Source: Bdellovibrio sp. (lineage in GTDB: Bacteria > Bdellovibrionota > Bdellovibrionia > Bdellovibrionales > Bdellovibrionaceae). From it: 53,795 bases of DNA. The stretch is taken from positions 1 through 53,795 of the forward strand of contig JAYVHE010000242.1 of assembly GCA_043771495.1 (NCBI GenBank). Direction: 5' to 3'. The translations under genes and the position numbers were made by a program. Below are positions 28,221 to 36,681 of the stretch, one piece after another (the stretch's first letter is position 1; the number at the start of each line of letters is the position of its first letter). The notes under the pieces were generated by a model. That model saw only the letters and a list, made by a program, of their open reading frames with translations. It was not told the origin of the DNA and did not search any database.

Positions 28221-29384
28221 TTATTTTTTTATGGCTGCAGTAATTTTTTTAGCTGCATCAGTTAAATCGTTGGCAGGTATGATGTTTAAACCACTGTCCG
28301 CTAACATTTTTTTACCAAGTTCAACGTTTGTTCCTTCAAGGCGGCAAACTAATGGAACTTTTAATCCCACTTCTTTCGAAGCGGCAATAACACCTTCAGC
28401 AATCACGTCACATTTCATGATTCCACCGAAAATATTAACTAAAATTCCTTTAACATTTGGATCTTTTAAAATAATTTTAAAGGCGTTGGTCACTTTTTCT
28501 TTATTCGCACCACCGCCAACATCCAAGAAGTTCGCAGGAGATGCGCCATGAAGTTTAATTATATCTAACGTCGCCATCGCAAGCCCTGCGCCATTCACTA
28601 AACACCCGATGTTTCCATCTAATTTAATAAATGCTAAATCAAACTTAGAAGCTTCGATTTCAGTCGGCTCTTCTTCGTTTAAATCACGCAATTCTAAAAT
28701 TTGTGGTTGGCGGTATAAAGCGTTTGAATCGAAGTTCATTTTTGCATCTAAGCAAATGACGTCGCCTTCTTTAGTCACAACAAGGGGATTGATTTCCGCA
28801 ATTGAGCAATCGCATTCAATAAACGCCTTGTACAAACCCATCATAAATTTAACGGCTTTGTTAACGACTTCTGGAGCCATACCAATTGCAAAAGCTAATT
28901 CACGAGCTTGCCAAGCACCTAAGCCAGTCACAGGATCGATATCAACTTTTTTAATCGCGTTGGGATTATGTTCCGCAACTTCTTCGATATCCATGCCGCC
29001 CTCAGAAGAAGCCATCATTGTTACGTGCGAAGTCGCGCGGTCGATCAAACAAGCAACATAATATTCTTTAGCGATGTTGCAGCCTTGTTCGATAAAAACT
29101 TTTTGAACAACCTTACCTTCAGGGCCTGTTTGAGGAGTGATCAAAGTCATTCCTAAAATTTTTGAAGTTAGATCGCGAACTTCGTCTAAAGATTTCGCAA
29201 GCTTTACGCCGCCACCTTTACCACGTCCACCGGCGTGGATTTGGGCCTTAACAACCCAAATATTTCCGCCAATATTTTTAGCTGCCGTAGCCGCTTCTTC
29301 GGGAGAATGCACCACTTGGCCTTTTAGCGTAGTAACTCCGTATTTTCGCAAAACATCTTTTGCTTGGTACTCATGAATATTCAT
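28221..29384 (-). CDS. sucC: Succinyl-CoA synthetase beta subunit
   Basis: [41 protein letters not shown]. Confidence 0.98.
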   Translation of the reverse strand: MNIHEYQAKDVLRKYGVTTLKGQVVHSPEEAATAAKNIGGNIWVVKAQIHAGGRGKGGGVKLAKSLDEVRDLTSKILGMTLITPQTGPEGKVVQKVFIEQGCNIAKEYYVACLIDRATSHVTMMASSEGGMDIEEVAEHNPNAIKKVDIDPVTGLGAWQARELAFAIGMAPEVVNKAVKFMMGLYKAFIECDCSIAEINPLVVTKEGDVICLDAKMNFDSNALYRQPQILELRDLNEEEPTEIEASKFDLAFIKLDGNIGCLVNGAGLAMATLDIIKLHGASPANFLDVGGGANKEKVTNAFKIILKDPNVKGILVNIFGGIMKCDVIAEGVIAASKEVGLKVPLVCRLEGTNVELGKKMLADSGLNIIPANDLTDAAKKITAAIKK

Positions 29385-29425
29385 TATTAGACCCTGACTG
29401 TATGTTTAATTTGTCGGTTAAATTA

Positions 29426-30370
29426 CTATTGTACGTTTTTTAAAGTAGCTACAAGTTGGCGAACAGCTTCAACTGATTTATCAAATTCAGCTTTTTCGTC
29501 TGCATTCATTTTGAATGGAATAATTTTTTCCATTCCCGCGCCACCTAATTGGCAAAGTACGCCAACCATTAATTTATCGTTAACACCAAATTCGCCGTTT
29601 AATTCGACCGCGCATGGAATAATACGTTTTTGATCTTTTAAAATCGCTTCAGCCATTTCAATCGCACCACGTGATGGAGCAAAAAATGCTGAGCCCGTTT
29701 TTAAATGCCCACCGATTTCGGCACCGGCTTGTTTTGTACGAGCCACGATGGCATTGATTTTTTCCATCGGCATTAAATCGATGATTGGAGTTGATCCAAC
29801 AGCTGCAGTACGAACCACAGGCATCATTGCATCACCGTGGTTACCAAGAACCACACCAGTTACGTCTTTAACAGAAACATTTAATTCTTCGGCAATAAAT
29901 GCGCGGAAACGTGCCGAATCTAAAGATCCGCCCATTCCGATCACGCGTTCACGTGGGAAACCCAATTGTTGTTTTGCATACACAGCCATAACATCCATAG
30001 GATTACAAACAACGATCACGATTGAATTTGGAGCGTGTTGTTTGATTCCGGCGCAAACGTCTTTAACGATTTTTGCGTTGATTCCAACTAATTCATCACG
30101 GCTCATGCCTGGTTTACGTGGCATTCCTGCAGTTAAAATCACAACGTCGGCATCTTTGATGTCTTCGTATTTGGAAGTACCCTTAACTTTTGAATCAAAC
30201 TGCTCAATTGGCGCAGACTGAAATAAGTCTAATGATTTACCAATTGCAGCTCCTTCGTTCACATCAAGCAGAACGACATCGCCTAATTCTTTTTGAGCTG
30301 CCCAGTGAGCCGTCGTTGCACCAACAAAGCCAGCGCCGATAACGGCCAATTTTTTACGTTTGTGAGCCAT
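29426..30370 (-). CDS. mdh: Malate dehydrogenase (LDH-like type)
   Basis: GAGFVG, PRKPGMSRDEL, LDSARF, GNHGD; upstream of sucC. Confidence 0.96.
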   Translation of the reverse strand: MAHKRKKLAVIGAGFVGATTAHWAAQKELGDVVLLDVNEGAAIGKSLDLFQSAPIEQFDSKVKGTSKYEDIKDADVVILTAGMPRKPGMSRDELVGINAKIVKDVCAGIKQHAPNSIVIVVCNPMDVMAVYAKQQLGFPRERVIGMGGSLDSARFRAFIAEELNVSVKDVTGVVLGNHGDAMMPVVRTAAVGSTPIIDLMPMEKINAIVARTKQAGAEIGGHLKTGSAFFAPSRGAIEMAEAILKDQKRIIPCAVELNGEFGVNDKLMVGVLCQLGGAGMEKIIPFKMNADEKAEFDKSVEAVRQLVATLKNVQ

Positions 30371-30751
30371 ATAAATCTCCTTATTGATTTTTGAATTTAA
30401 GATACTAAAAGTTGTAGTGGAAATGCCTCAAAAGCACAAGTCTGTAAAGAACGAGTCAAAGAGTGAAAATACAGAAATTTCCCTCGATTTTAGTCAGAAC
30501 GACGTCTTTAATTTAAGGACCATTTAACAATAAATATACTTCGATAAGCGCCGATTGTTTGCAAAAATTAAGACGTCGTGGATTTTTAACCGCGAACCGC
30601 AAAATCTGATCAAGTCCTGGGCATAGCAGTGCAGCGGTGTAGCTGAAGTAACACAATACACCCTTGAATTTCACGAATACTTCTCATTCTAAAATTTAAA
30701 TTGAACAAAATCTAAAATTTTAGGACTATTCGTTAATCGAGTGAGGTTTTC

Positions 30752-31354
30752 ATGAAAAATATTTTGATAGTGGCATTTTCAACTCTTCTTGGCTTTTCCG
30801 CGATCGCGCAAGAAACCGATTCAACTTCAATATTCACGCGTAATCAGAATTTTGACGAAGAGGGCGTAGAGCTTTATTCAACAAATTTCCAACTTAAATC
30901 GTTTAAAAAATTCGGTTTCGGCGCTTCATTAGGCGGATTGAACGGATTTTTCGGCGCCAACATCGAAGCGAATATCTTGCCAGATAACGCTTTGTTTATT
31001 GGAGTCGGCGGTGGCGATGGTTACAATGCGATGTCTGCCGGATGGAAAATGAATTTCGAAGGTGAATACTTATCGCCCTACACAAAAGTCGGGTACTCGA
31101 AGTGGTTCAACACAAATTCTGCATCTGCAATCGCAGATCGCTCGGATGTCTTACGACGAGTATTAACAACAAGTGAAATCAGACAAAACAGATTCAACGT
31201 CGATTTCATCGCAGGTGGCGCAGGTTTAGAATATAACCAACTTGAAGGCGAACTATCAGGCGTAAACATTTACGCAGAGCTAATGGCCATGACCGACATC
31301 ACAAAGCTCTCGTTAATTCCGGTAGGCTCTGTCGGGCTTATCTATTTCTACTAA
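30752..31354 (+). CDS. Small outer-membrane beta-barrel protein
   Basis: Signal peptide, alternating Gly/aromatic beta strands, C-terminal GLIYFY. Confidence 0.75.
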   Translation: MKNILIVAFSTLLGFSAIAQETDSTSIFTRNQNFDEEGVELYSTNFQLKSFKKFGFGASLGGLNGFFGANIEANILPDNALFIGVGGGDGYNAMSAGWKMNFEGEYLSPYTKVGYSKWFNTNSASAIADRSDVLRRVLTTSEIRQNRFNVDFIAGGAGLEYNQLEGELSGVNIYAELMAMTDITKLSLIPVGSVGLIYFY

Positions 31355-31386
31355 GCCCTTTTTAGAATTCTCGATGAAGTTGGCGC

Positions 31387-31557
31387 GGAGTCGATCCGTC
31401 CATGAGAGGGTTCTTCAGACGGCCATCGTGGCCGTCTGAGCTAGTATAAAAAAAAATAATAATAATAATAATTAAACTTTTGATAAACACTTCGACCAGG
31501 ACGGCCGGCCGCGGACGGTAATTCGAATAGCGTTCTCACGATGGATGCATTCACTCC
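31387..31557. repeat. GC-rich REP-like inverted doublet around an AT-rich core
   Basis: Perfect hairpin TCAGACGGCCA-TCG-TGGCCGTCTGA (31415-31439); left and right halves are imperfect inverted copies; (AAT)6 at 31455-31472. Confidence 0.6.
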
Positions 31558-31562
31558 AAAAA

Positions 31563-31590
31563 AAAAGGTCGGTTTTGCAACCGACCTTTT
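31563..31590. terminator. Bidirectional Rho-independent terminator
   Basis: AAAAGGTCGGTT-TTGC-AACCGACCTTTT, perfect 12-bp stem between convergent genes. Confidence 0.9.
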
Positions 31591-31628
31591 GTTTCTAATA
31601 GGCTTATATCAGCCCACAAAGAAATCTA

Positions 31629-31703
31629 CTATTTTTTCTTTTTTGTAGATTTTTTTGTAGTTTTTTTAGCTTTCTTAGCTTTTTTTGCTTTCTTCTTTGC
31701 CAT
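31629..31703 (-). CDS. 24-aa Lys-rich protamine/H1-like microprotein MAKKKAKKAKKAKKTTKKSTKKKK
   Basis: GAGGAG SD 6 nt before the ATG at 31703, tandem TAG TAG stops, own promoter and terminator. Confidence 0.75.
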   Translation of the reverse strand: MAKKKAKKAKKAKKTTKKSTKKKK

Positions 31704-31780
31704 TGTATGCTCCTCTCGGTGACCTTGTTTTACAAAATCACAGTTGTTGTTTTGGAGACAATTAAGTCTCCATATATAAA

Positions 31781-31808
31781 ATGGTAACAAAATGATTTGG
31801 TTCGTCAA
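31781..31808 (-). promoter_or_regulatory. sigma70-type promoter for the microprotein
   Basis: TTGACG-N16-TACCAT with extended -10 TG; hairpin TGGAGAC-N6-GTCTCCA (31753-31772) lies at the predicted 5' end of the transcript. Confidence 0.6.
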
Positions 31809-31865
31809 CACTTTTTTTTCTTGCACCAATTTTGCGTACGATTTTTCAGAAAAGAAGGAAGTGTT

Positions 31866-32600
31866 ATGACGAATTTTCTAATTTCAGTGTTCGGAATTCT
31901 AATCGTCGATCGAATTTTGTATCGATTAGAGATATTTAATTACATCAGTTCGCCAAATCGAAAGAAATTTTTGATATTTTCGCTTTTTACCTACGTTTTA
32001 TTTTCTATTTTCAAAGACCTTGTCGCGGTGAACATGACCTTATTCGGTATATTTTTGGCATTCTTGATGTTTTTTTATATTTTTCACGAAAAAAAACTGC
32101 AAATTCTATTCGAGAATCGTCACAAATCGCTCATAGACGAGCTTATTTTGATAATTCAAACGGGTTGCTCACCGATCAAGGCACTCAACGACGTGATGGC
32201 AACGTTGAGCGTTTACGAAATGAAAGTTTTTTGGCCGTTGAACTCACTTTTGGGGTCACAACAACGGATTTCTTGCGTTGTTGGCATGAAAAATCAAAAT
32301 TACTTCGATGAATTGATCGAAATCTTGCAGCAAAAATCCCGCGTAGTCGATCAACTTGAGACTTTCAGAAATAGTTTGCAGATTCAAATCAAATTGAGAC
32401 GTAGGTCGAGAACCGTGACTGCTGCATCTAAGGCGCAAGCGATCGTTGCTGTGCTTATTTACTTCGTTTTCGTAACGATATCGTGGATGCAATTCAAATT
32501 ACAAGAACATCCACGCGTTTTAACTGTATCTGTGGTGTTTTTAATTTTAGGACTTTTAATGATTTTTAAAGTGGGGAATCGAATAAAATGGACGATTTAA
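31866..32600 (+). CDS. Divergent TadB/T2SS-F-like membrane protein
   Basis: TM helices, LIDELILIIQTGCSP, KLRRRSRTVTAASKAQA followed by two TMs; start ATG 31866 after GAAGGA. Confidence 0.6.
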   Translation: MTNFLISVFGILIVDRILYRLEIFNYISSPNRKKFLIFSLFTYVLFSIFKDLVAVNMTLFGIFLAFLMFFYIFHEKKLQILFENRHKSLIDELILIIQTGCSPIKALNDVMATLSVYEMKVFWPLNSLLGSQQRISCVVGMKNQNYFDELIEILQQKSRVVDQLETFRNSLQIQIKLRRRSRTVTAASKAQAIVAVLIYFVFVTISWMQFKLQEHPRVLTVSVVFLILGLLMIFKVGNRIKWTI

Positions 32601-33016
32601 AGCTGCCTTCATTACTTTTTTTACTTTGGGATGTTAAACGCGCGATTGAAACGCAAAAATCGCTGCAAGTGGGACTAAAAAATTATGAGAAGCGGGGATT
32701 AAAAGATGCATTTACCCAGAAATTTCAAACAATTATCGCGTTGTCACCTTTGGAAGGCCAAAAAATTTTACAAACATCAACACTGACAATTTATCAGAAA
32801 AATTTGATCACATTGATTATGCAAGGTATTGGAGGATATGGCATTTATCAGTCCTTGATCAGGTTAGAAAAAGAATTATTAACAATCTGCGAAGATGACA
32901 TAGAAAAACACACGCAAATGCTACCTTTGGTTCTGCAAATTCCATTGTTGGGACTTATTTTCCCCGCGTTAATGATGATTCTTTTGATTCCAGTTATAAA
33001 TATGCTATCCCTATAA
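32588..33016 (+). CDS. Short TadC-like protein
   Basis: Overlaps the TadB-like gene; C-terminal LPLVLQIPLLGLIFPALMMILLIP resembles the TadC end. Confidence 0.55.
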   Translation: MDDLKLPSLLFLLWDVKRAIETQKSLQVGLKNYEKRGLKDAFTQKFQTIIALSPLEGQKILQTSTLTIYQKNLITLIMQGIGGYGIYQSLIRLEKELLTICEDDIEKHTQMLPLVLQIPLLGLIFPALMMILLIPVINMLSL

Positions 33017-33059
33017 TAGTTTGTCCGAAATACGATCGGATCTACTAAAGGGATATAGT

Positions 33060-33296
33060 ATGAGCTTCAATAATCCGCTTCAGGCCAAAGTCGTCGATAA
33101 AGCAGGCCTAAAGGAAGAATCTAAGAATCAAATCTTTAATCGGTTGGCCGAAGAACTTTGTTCGGAAGCTCCAAATAAATCTAAAATCAAAAAACTTTGT
33201 TCCGAAGGCCAAATCCTATTTTCAGGAGACATGGTCGACCTTATGAGTACAGTTTTATTTGAACTCTCTGAAATGAAAAAATATAAATTACGATAA
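33060..33296 (+). CDS. Small hypothetical protein
   Basis: ATG 33060 after AAGGGA; fills the gap in a co-directional gene run. Confidence 0.6.
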   Translation: MSFNNPLQAKVVDKAGLKEESKNQIFNRLAEELCSEAPNKSKIKKLCSEGQILFSGDMVDLMSTVLFELSEMKKYKLR

Positions 33297-33314
33297 CTGA
33301 CAGGAACCACAAAT

Positions 33315-34400
33315 ATGCAAAACAAATCCTTTAACTCGATATTGGGAACTATTGGGTCGACTCCTTTAGTCCGACTTAACAAAGTAACACAAAAAAACAA
33401 AAAATTAATTAACCATCAATTCTTCGCAAAAATTGAATCTTTTAACCCCGGTGGATCCATCAAAGATCGTATTGGTGTTTCGATCATTGAAGGTGCAGAA
33501 AAACGTGGAGAAATTCGTCCCGGTGGATATTTGGTCGAAGCCACGTCAGGAAATACAGGAATTGGTTTGGCCATGGTTGCCGCTGTTCGGGGTTACAAAT
33601 GTATATTTGTGTTGCCGGAAAAAATCAGCTTAGAAAAGCGGGCGATGTTACGCGCTTACGGTGCTCGTGTTATCATAACACCAACTGGGCTCGAGCCAGA
33701 AGATCCAATGAGTCACTACTCCGTTGCAAAGAAAATTGCAGATCACTTAAAAGCGACAACCGGCAATTGTTTCTATACGAACCAGTACCACAATCCGGAT
33801 AATTATCAGATTCATTACGACATCACTGGTCCCGAAATTTGGAATCAAACCAATGGCGAAATTGACGTGTTTTGTGCTGGTGTGGGCACCGGCGGGACTC
33901 TTTCAGGCGTTGCCAAATACTTAAAAGAGAAAAATCCGCGGGTAAAGATCGTGTGCGCGGATCCTATCGGTAGTATTTTGTTCGATTTATTTTATCACGG
34001 TAAAGTTATCGATCCACCAGCAGCTTATAAAGTTGAAGGGGTCGGTGAAGACATGCTTCCTGATAATTGTCGTCTGAATTTGTATGATGATTTTATCAAA
34101 GTGAATGATAAGGAATCGTTTTTACTAACGCGTGATCTAGTTGCTGACGAAGGTTTATGTGTTGGTCCATCCAGTGCGCTGATCCTAGCTGGTGCCATGA
34201 AGTACGCGGAAAAATTAGAAAAACCTTCAAAAATCGTTGTCGTGTTTCCTGATTCTGGAAAAGCGTATTTAAGCAAAGCCTTCAACGATCAGTGGATGGT
34301 TGATAACGACTTCTTATCGCCAGAAATTTTAAAAGCGGCCTTTAACTCTGAAGTCAAAGCTGAAGTCGAAATGAAAGCCTTAATGAAAGTAACAGTTTAA
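33315..34400 (+). CDS. Cystathionine beta-synthase / cysteine synthase family PLP enzyme
   Basis: NPGGSIKDR, EATSGNTG, GVGTGGT, KVEGVGED, PDSGKAY; paired with the gamma-lyase. Confidence 0.92.
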   Translation: MQNKSFNSILGTIGSTPLVRLNKVTQKNKKLINHQFFAKIESFNPGGSIKDRIGVSIIEGAEKRGEIRPGGYLVEATSGNTGIGLAMVAAVRGYKCIFVLPEKISLEKRAMLRAYGARVIITPTGLEPEDPMSHYSVAKKIADHLKATTGNCFYTNQYHNPDNYQIHYDITGPEIWNQTNGEIDVFCAGVGTGGTLSGVAKYLKEKNPRVKIVCADPIGSILFDLFYHGKVIDPPAAYKVEGVGEDMLPDNCRLNLYDDFIKVNDKESFLLTRDLVADEGLCVGPSSALILAGAMKYAEKLEKPSKIVVVFPDSGKAYLSKAFNDQWMVDNDFLSPEILKAAFNSEVKAEVEMKALMKVTV

Positions 34401-34402
34401 TT

Positions 34403-35584
34403 ATGGAAAAAAAGTTAGAAAAAACATCACCTAAAGATTCAATGAAATTTAACACTCGCGCCATTCACGCGGGCCAACATCCAGATCCAACAACCGGCGC
34501 AATTATGACTCCGGTTTATTTAACTTCGACGTATGTGCAAGAGTCACCGGGTGTTCACAAAGGTTGGGAATATTCTAGAACACATAATCCAACTCGCAAA
34601 GCTTACGAAACCTGCTTGGCTAATTTAGAAGGTGGACGATTCGGTTTTGCATTTGCTTCTGGTTGTGCGGCTGCGACGACGATCATGCATATGCTTAAAG
34701 CCGGGGATCATGTTATTGCGATGGACGATATGTACGGCGGCACTTTTCGCTTGTTTGATAAAGTCTTTAGACACAGTGGACTTGAATTTTCCTATGTCGA
34801 TATGACAAATACTGAAAATGTAAAATCGGCGATTAAAGGTAATACTAAAATGGTGTGGTTAGAAACGCCGACGAATCCAACGTTGAAATTGGCGGATATC
34901 AAAGCGATTTCGGCTATTGCTCACGAAAAAAATATTTTAGTGACTGTAGATAATACCTTTATGTCGCCGTATTTCCAAAAACCTTTGGACTTAGGTGCCG
35001 ATATGGTTGTGCATTCGGCGACTAAATACATTGGTGGCCATAGCGATATGGTCGGCGGTGTTGTTGCCACAAATAATCCTGATCTTGCAGAGAAATTGCA
35101 GTTTTTTAGTAACTCATTAGGTGGCGTGCAAGGTGCGTTTGATTCTTTCTTGGCGTTACGCAGTTTAAAAACTTTGCCTGTGCGAATGAAAGCACACGCT
35201 GAAAATGCAATGAAAGTGGCGGAGTTTTTATCGTCGCATCCAAAGGTCGAAAAACTTTTATATCCAGGATTAAAATCACATCCCCAACATGAACTCGCAA
35301 AAAAACAAATGACGGGTTTTGGCGGCATGATCACGTTCTTTATTAAGGGCGGATTACCAGCTGCGCGTAAATTTTTAGAGTCTGTGCAAGTGTTTGCCCT
35401 GGCGGAATCCCTGGGTGGTGTCGAGTCTTTAGTTGAGCATCCGGCAATCATGACTCACGCGTCTGTTCCGATTGAACAGCGTAAAGCGCTTGGAATTGAT
35501 GATTCTTTAATCAGATTATCAGTCGGAATCGAAGATATTTCAGATTTGATCGAAGATCTGTCTCAAGCTTTCAACAAAGTTTAA
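34403..35584 (+). CDS. Cystathionine gamma-lyase/synthase
   Basis: YSRTHNPT, ETPTNP, DNTF, HSATKYIGGHSD, AESLGGVESL, IRLSVGIE. Confidence 0.93.
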   Translation: MEKKLEKTSPKDSMKFNTRAIHAGQHPDPTTGAIMTPVYLTSTYVQESPGVHKGWEYSRTHNPTRKAYETCLANLEGGRFGFAFASGCAAATTIMHMLKAGDHVIAMDDMYGGTFRLFDKVFRHSGLEFSYVDMTNTENVKSAIKGNTKMVWLETPTNPTLKLADIKAISAIAHEKNILVTVDNTFMSPYFQKPLDLGADMVVHSATKYIGGHSDMVGGVVATNNPDLAEKLQFFSNSLGGVQGAFDSFLALRSLKTLPVRMKAHAENAMKVAEFLSSHPKVEKLLYPGLKSHPQHELAKKQMTGFGGMITFFIKGGLPAARKFLESVQVFALAESLGGVESLVEHPAIMTHASVPIEQRKALGIDDSLIRLSVGIEDISDLIEDLSQAFNKV

Positions 35585-35595
35585 GCGTATGTCTA

Positions 35596-35627
35596 AATAA
35601 ATCACCTGTGGAAACGGGTGATTTATT
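35596..35627 (+). terminator. Terminator-like hairpin after the transsulfuration genes
   Basis: AATAAATCACCTGT-GGAA-ACGGGTGATTTATT. Confidence 0.7.
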
Positions 35628-35654
35628 GACAGAAGATGTCGGCCTCGATACTTT
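35626..35654 (+). promoter_or_regulatory. sigma70-type promoter for tRNA-Phe
   Basis: TTGACA-N17-TACTTT, 23 nt upstream of the tRNA. Confidence 0.6.
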
Positions 35655-35677
35655 GCTTATTCACAGATTTCCGTAAT

Positions 35678-35753
<76 letters not shown>

Positions 35754-35937
35754 TTTTTTTCAAATGTTTGAAATCACTTCAAAATAAAAATTTAAAAAAT
35801 CTTTGTGGTTAGAATCTGATTTGGAAAGTACTTAAAGTTCTAGAAACTGGTAAGAAAAGCTTAATCAGACTTTGAAAATTCACAAAAACTTTAAAAAGAA
35901 ACCTGAAAAAAAGTCGGACGTTATTTATTTAAAATTG

Positions 35938-35964
35938 TTTGAGGTCACAAATTGTGACCTCAAA
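35938..35964. repeat. 27-bp palindrome copy A (TTTGAGGTCACAA-A-TTGTGACCTCAAA)
   Basis: Perfect 13-bp arms; homologous to 36007-36033 and 36301-36327. Confidence 0.95.
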
Positions 35965-36006
35965 ACCGTAAAAATACCACTTAAGCCATTGAAACTACTC
36001 AGTATG

Positions 36007-36033
36007 TTTGAGGTGCCAAATTGGTACCTCAAA
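36007..36033. repeat. 27-bp palindrome copy B (TTTGAGGTGCCAA-A-TTGGTACCTCAAA)
   Basis: 13-bp arms with one G-T pair; starts 69 bp after copy A. Confidence 0.95.
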
Positions 36034-36109
36034 GAGTTAATTCGAAAATCGAACGTAAAAATCGATACAATTAATTTTAGTCTGACCTAAGTATTGCTTA
36101 GTCGATTGA

Positions 36110-36604
36110 ATGAATAAAATCTCAACATCAGAAGTTGAACAATCGATTTTTATCGTACGTAAACAAAAGGTGATGCTCGATCATAATCTAGCAAAAATAT
36201 ACGGTGTAGAAACAAAACTTTTAAACAGAGCAGTGAAGCGAAATTTGGATCGTTTTCCATCTGACTTTATGTTTCAGCTCACAGAAAAAGAAGTCGAAAT
36301 CTTGAGGTTTCAGTTTGGAACCTCAAGCGGGCGAGGTGGTCGCAGATATTTACCTTACGTTTTTACTGAACATGGCGCGTGGATGTTAGGTAATATTTTA
36401 AATAGTCCGACCGCAGTTGAAGCAAGTATTCAAGTTGTGCGCTCATTTATACGTTTGCGAGAAATGATTATTTCCCATAATGAACTTTCGCGAAAACTTA
36501 CAGATCTTGAAAAGAAATATGATTCGCAATTTAAAGTTGTATTCGAAGCTATTCAAAAACTGATGATTATTCCAGAAGTGTCGGTTAAGAAAATTGGAAT
36601 TTAA
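36110..36604 (+). CDS. ORF6N-domain DNA-binding protein
   Basis: IFIVRKQKVMLD, LAKIYGVETK, AVKRNLDRFPSDFMFQLT, GGRRYLPYVFTEHG, SIQVVRSFIRLR, C-terminal KKIGI. Confidence 0.93.
   Translation: MNKISTSEVEQSIFIVRKQKVMLDHNLAKIYGVETKLLNRAVKRNLDRFPSDFMFQLTEKEVEILRFQFGTSSGRGGRRYLPYVFTEHGAWMLGNILNSPTAVEASIQVVRSFIRLREMIISHNELSRKLTDLEKKYDSQFKVVFEAIQKLMIIPEVSVKKIGI
36301..36327. repeat. 27-bp palindrome copy C inside the ORF6N gene (CTTGAGGTTTCAG-T-TTGGAACCTCAAG)
   Basis: 13-bp arms with two G-T pairs; encodes LRFQFGTSS. Confidence 0.92.
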
Positions 36605-36646
36605 TAGAGTTTAATTCCAACACAATTAATTAGAAACGCATCCAGT

Positions 36647-36668
36647 TCTGGCCACGATCTTTTTAAAT
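36647..36668 (+). repeat. Degenerate direct repeat of the tRNA-Phe 3' end (possible attR)
   Basis: TCTGGCCACGATCTTTTT versus TCTGGCCACCATTTTTTT at 35743-35760, 16/18 identical, both followed closely by AAAT. Confidence 0.55.
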
Positions 36669-36681
36669 CCGTAAATTTAGG

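Noticed and set aside
27340-30221. Long plus-strand ORFs antisense to sucD, sucC and mdh (also 17210-17587, 34921-35451, 16417-16755 and similar)
   Set aside because: Shadow frames of well-supported genes on the opposite strand; no independent signals.
31414-31440. Neisseria DNA uptake sequence (TTCAGACGGC / GCCGTCTGA) as an inverted pair
   Set aside because: Only one such pair noticed in 53 kb, whereas uptake sequences are very frequent; better explained as part of the REP-like hairpin.
31704-31829. N-terminal 42 codons of the 66-aa ORF in the track
   Set aside because: Overlap the promoter and leader; the SD points to ATG 31703.
35938-36033. Two palindromic 27-bp repeats with a 42-bp spacer as a mini CRISPR array
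   Set aside because: Only two non-identical units, no cas genes in the window, and a third copy lies in-frame within the ORF6N gene.
35872-36090. 72-aa ORF containing FEVTNCDLK and FEVPNWYLK
   Set aside because: The apparent peptide repeat is just the two DNA palindromes read in another frame 69 bp apart; TTG start without SD.
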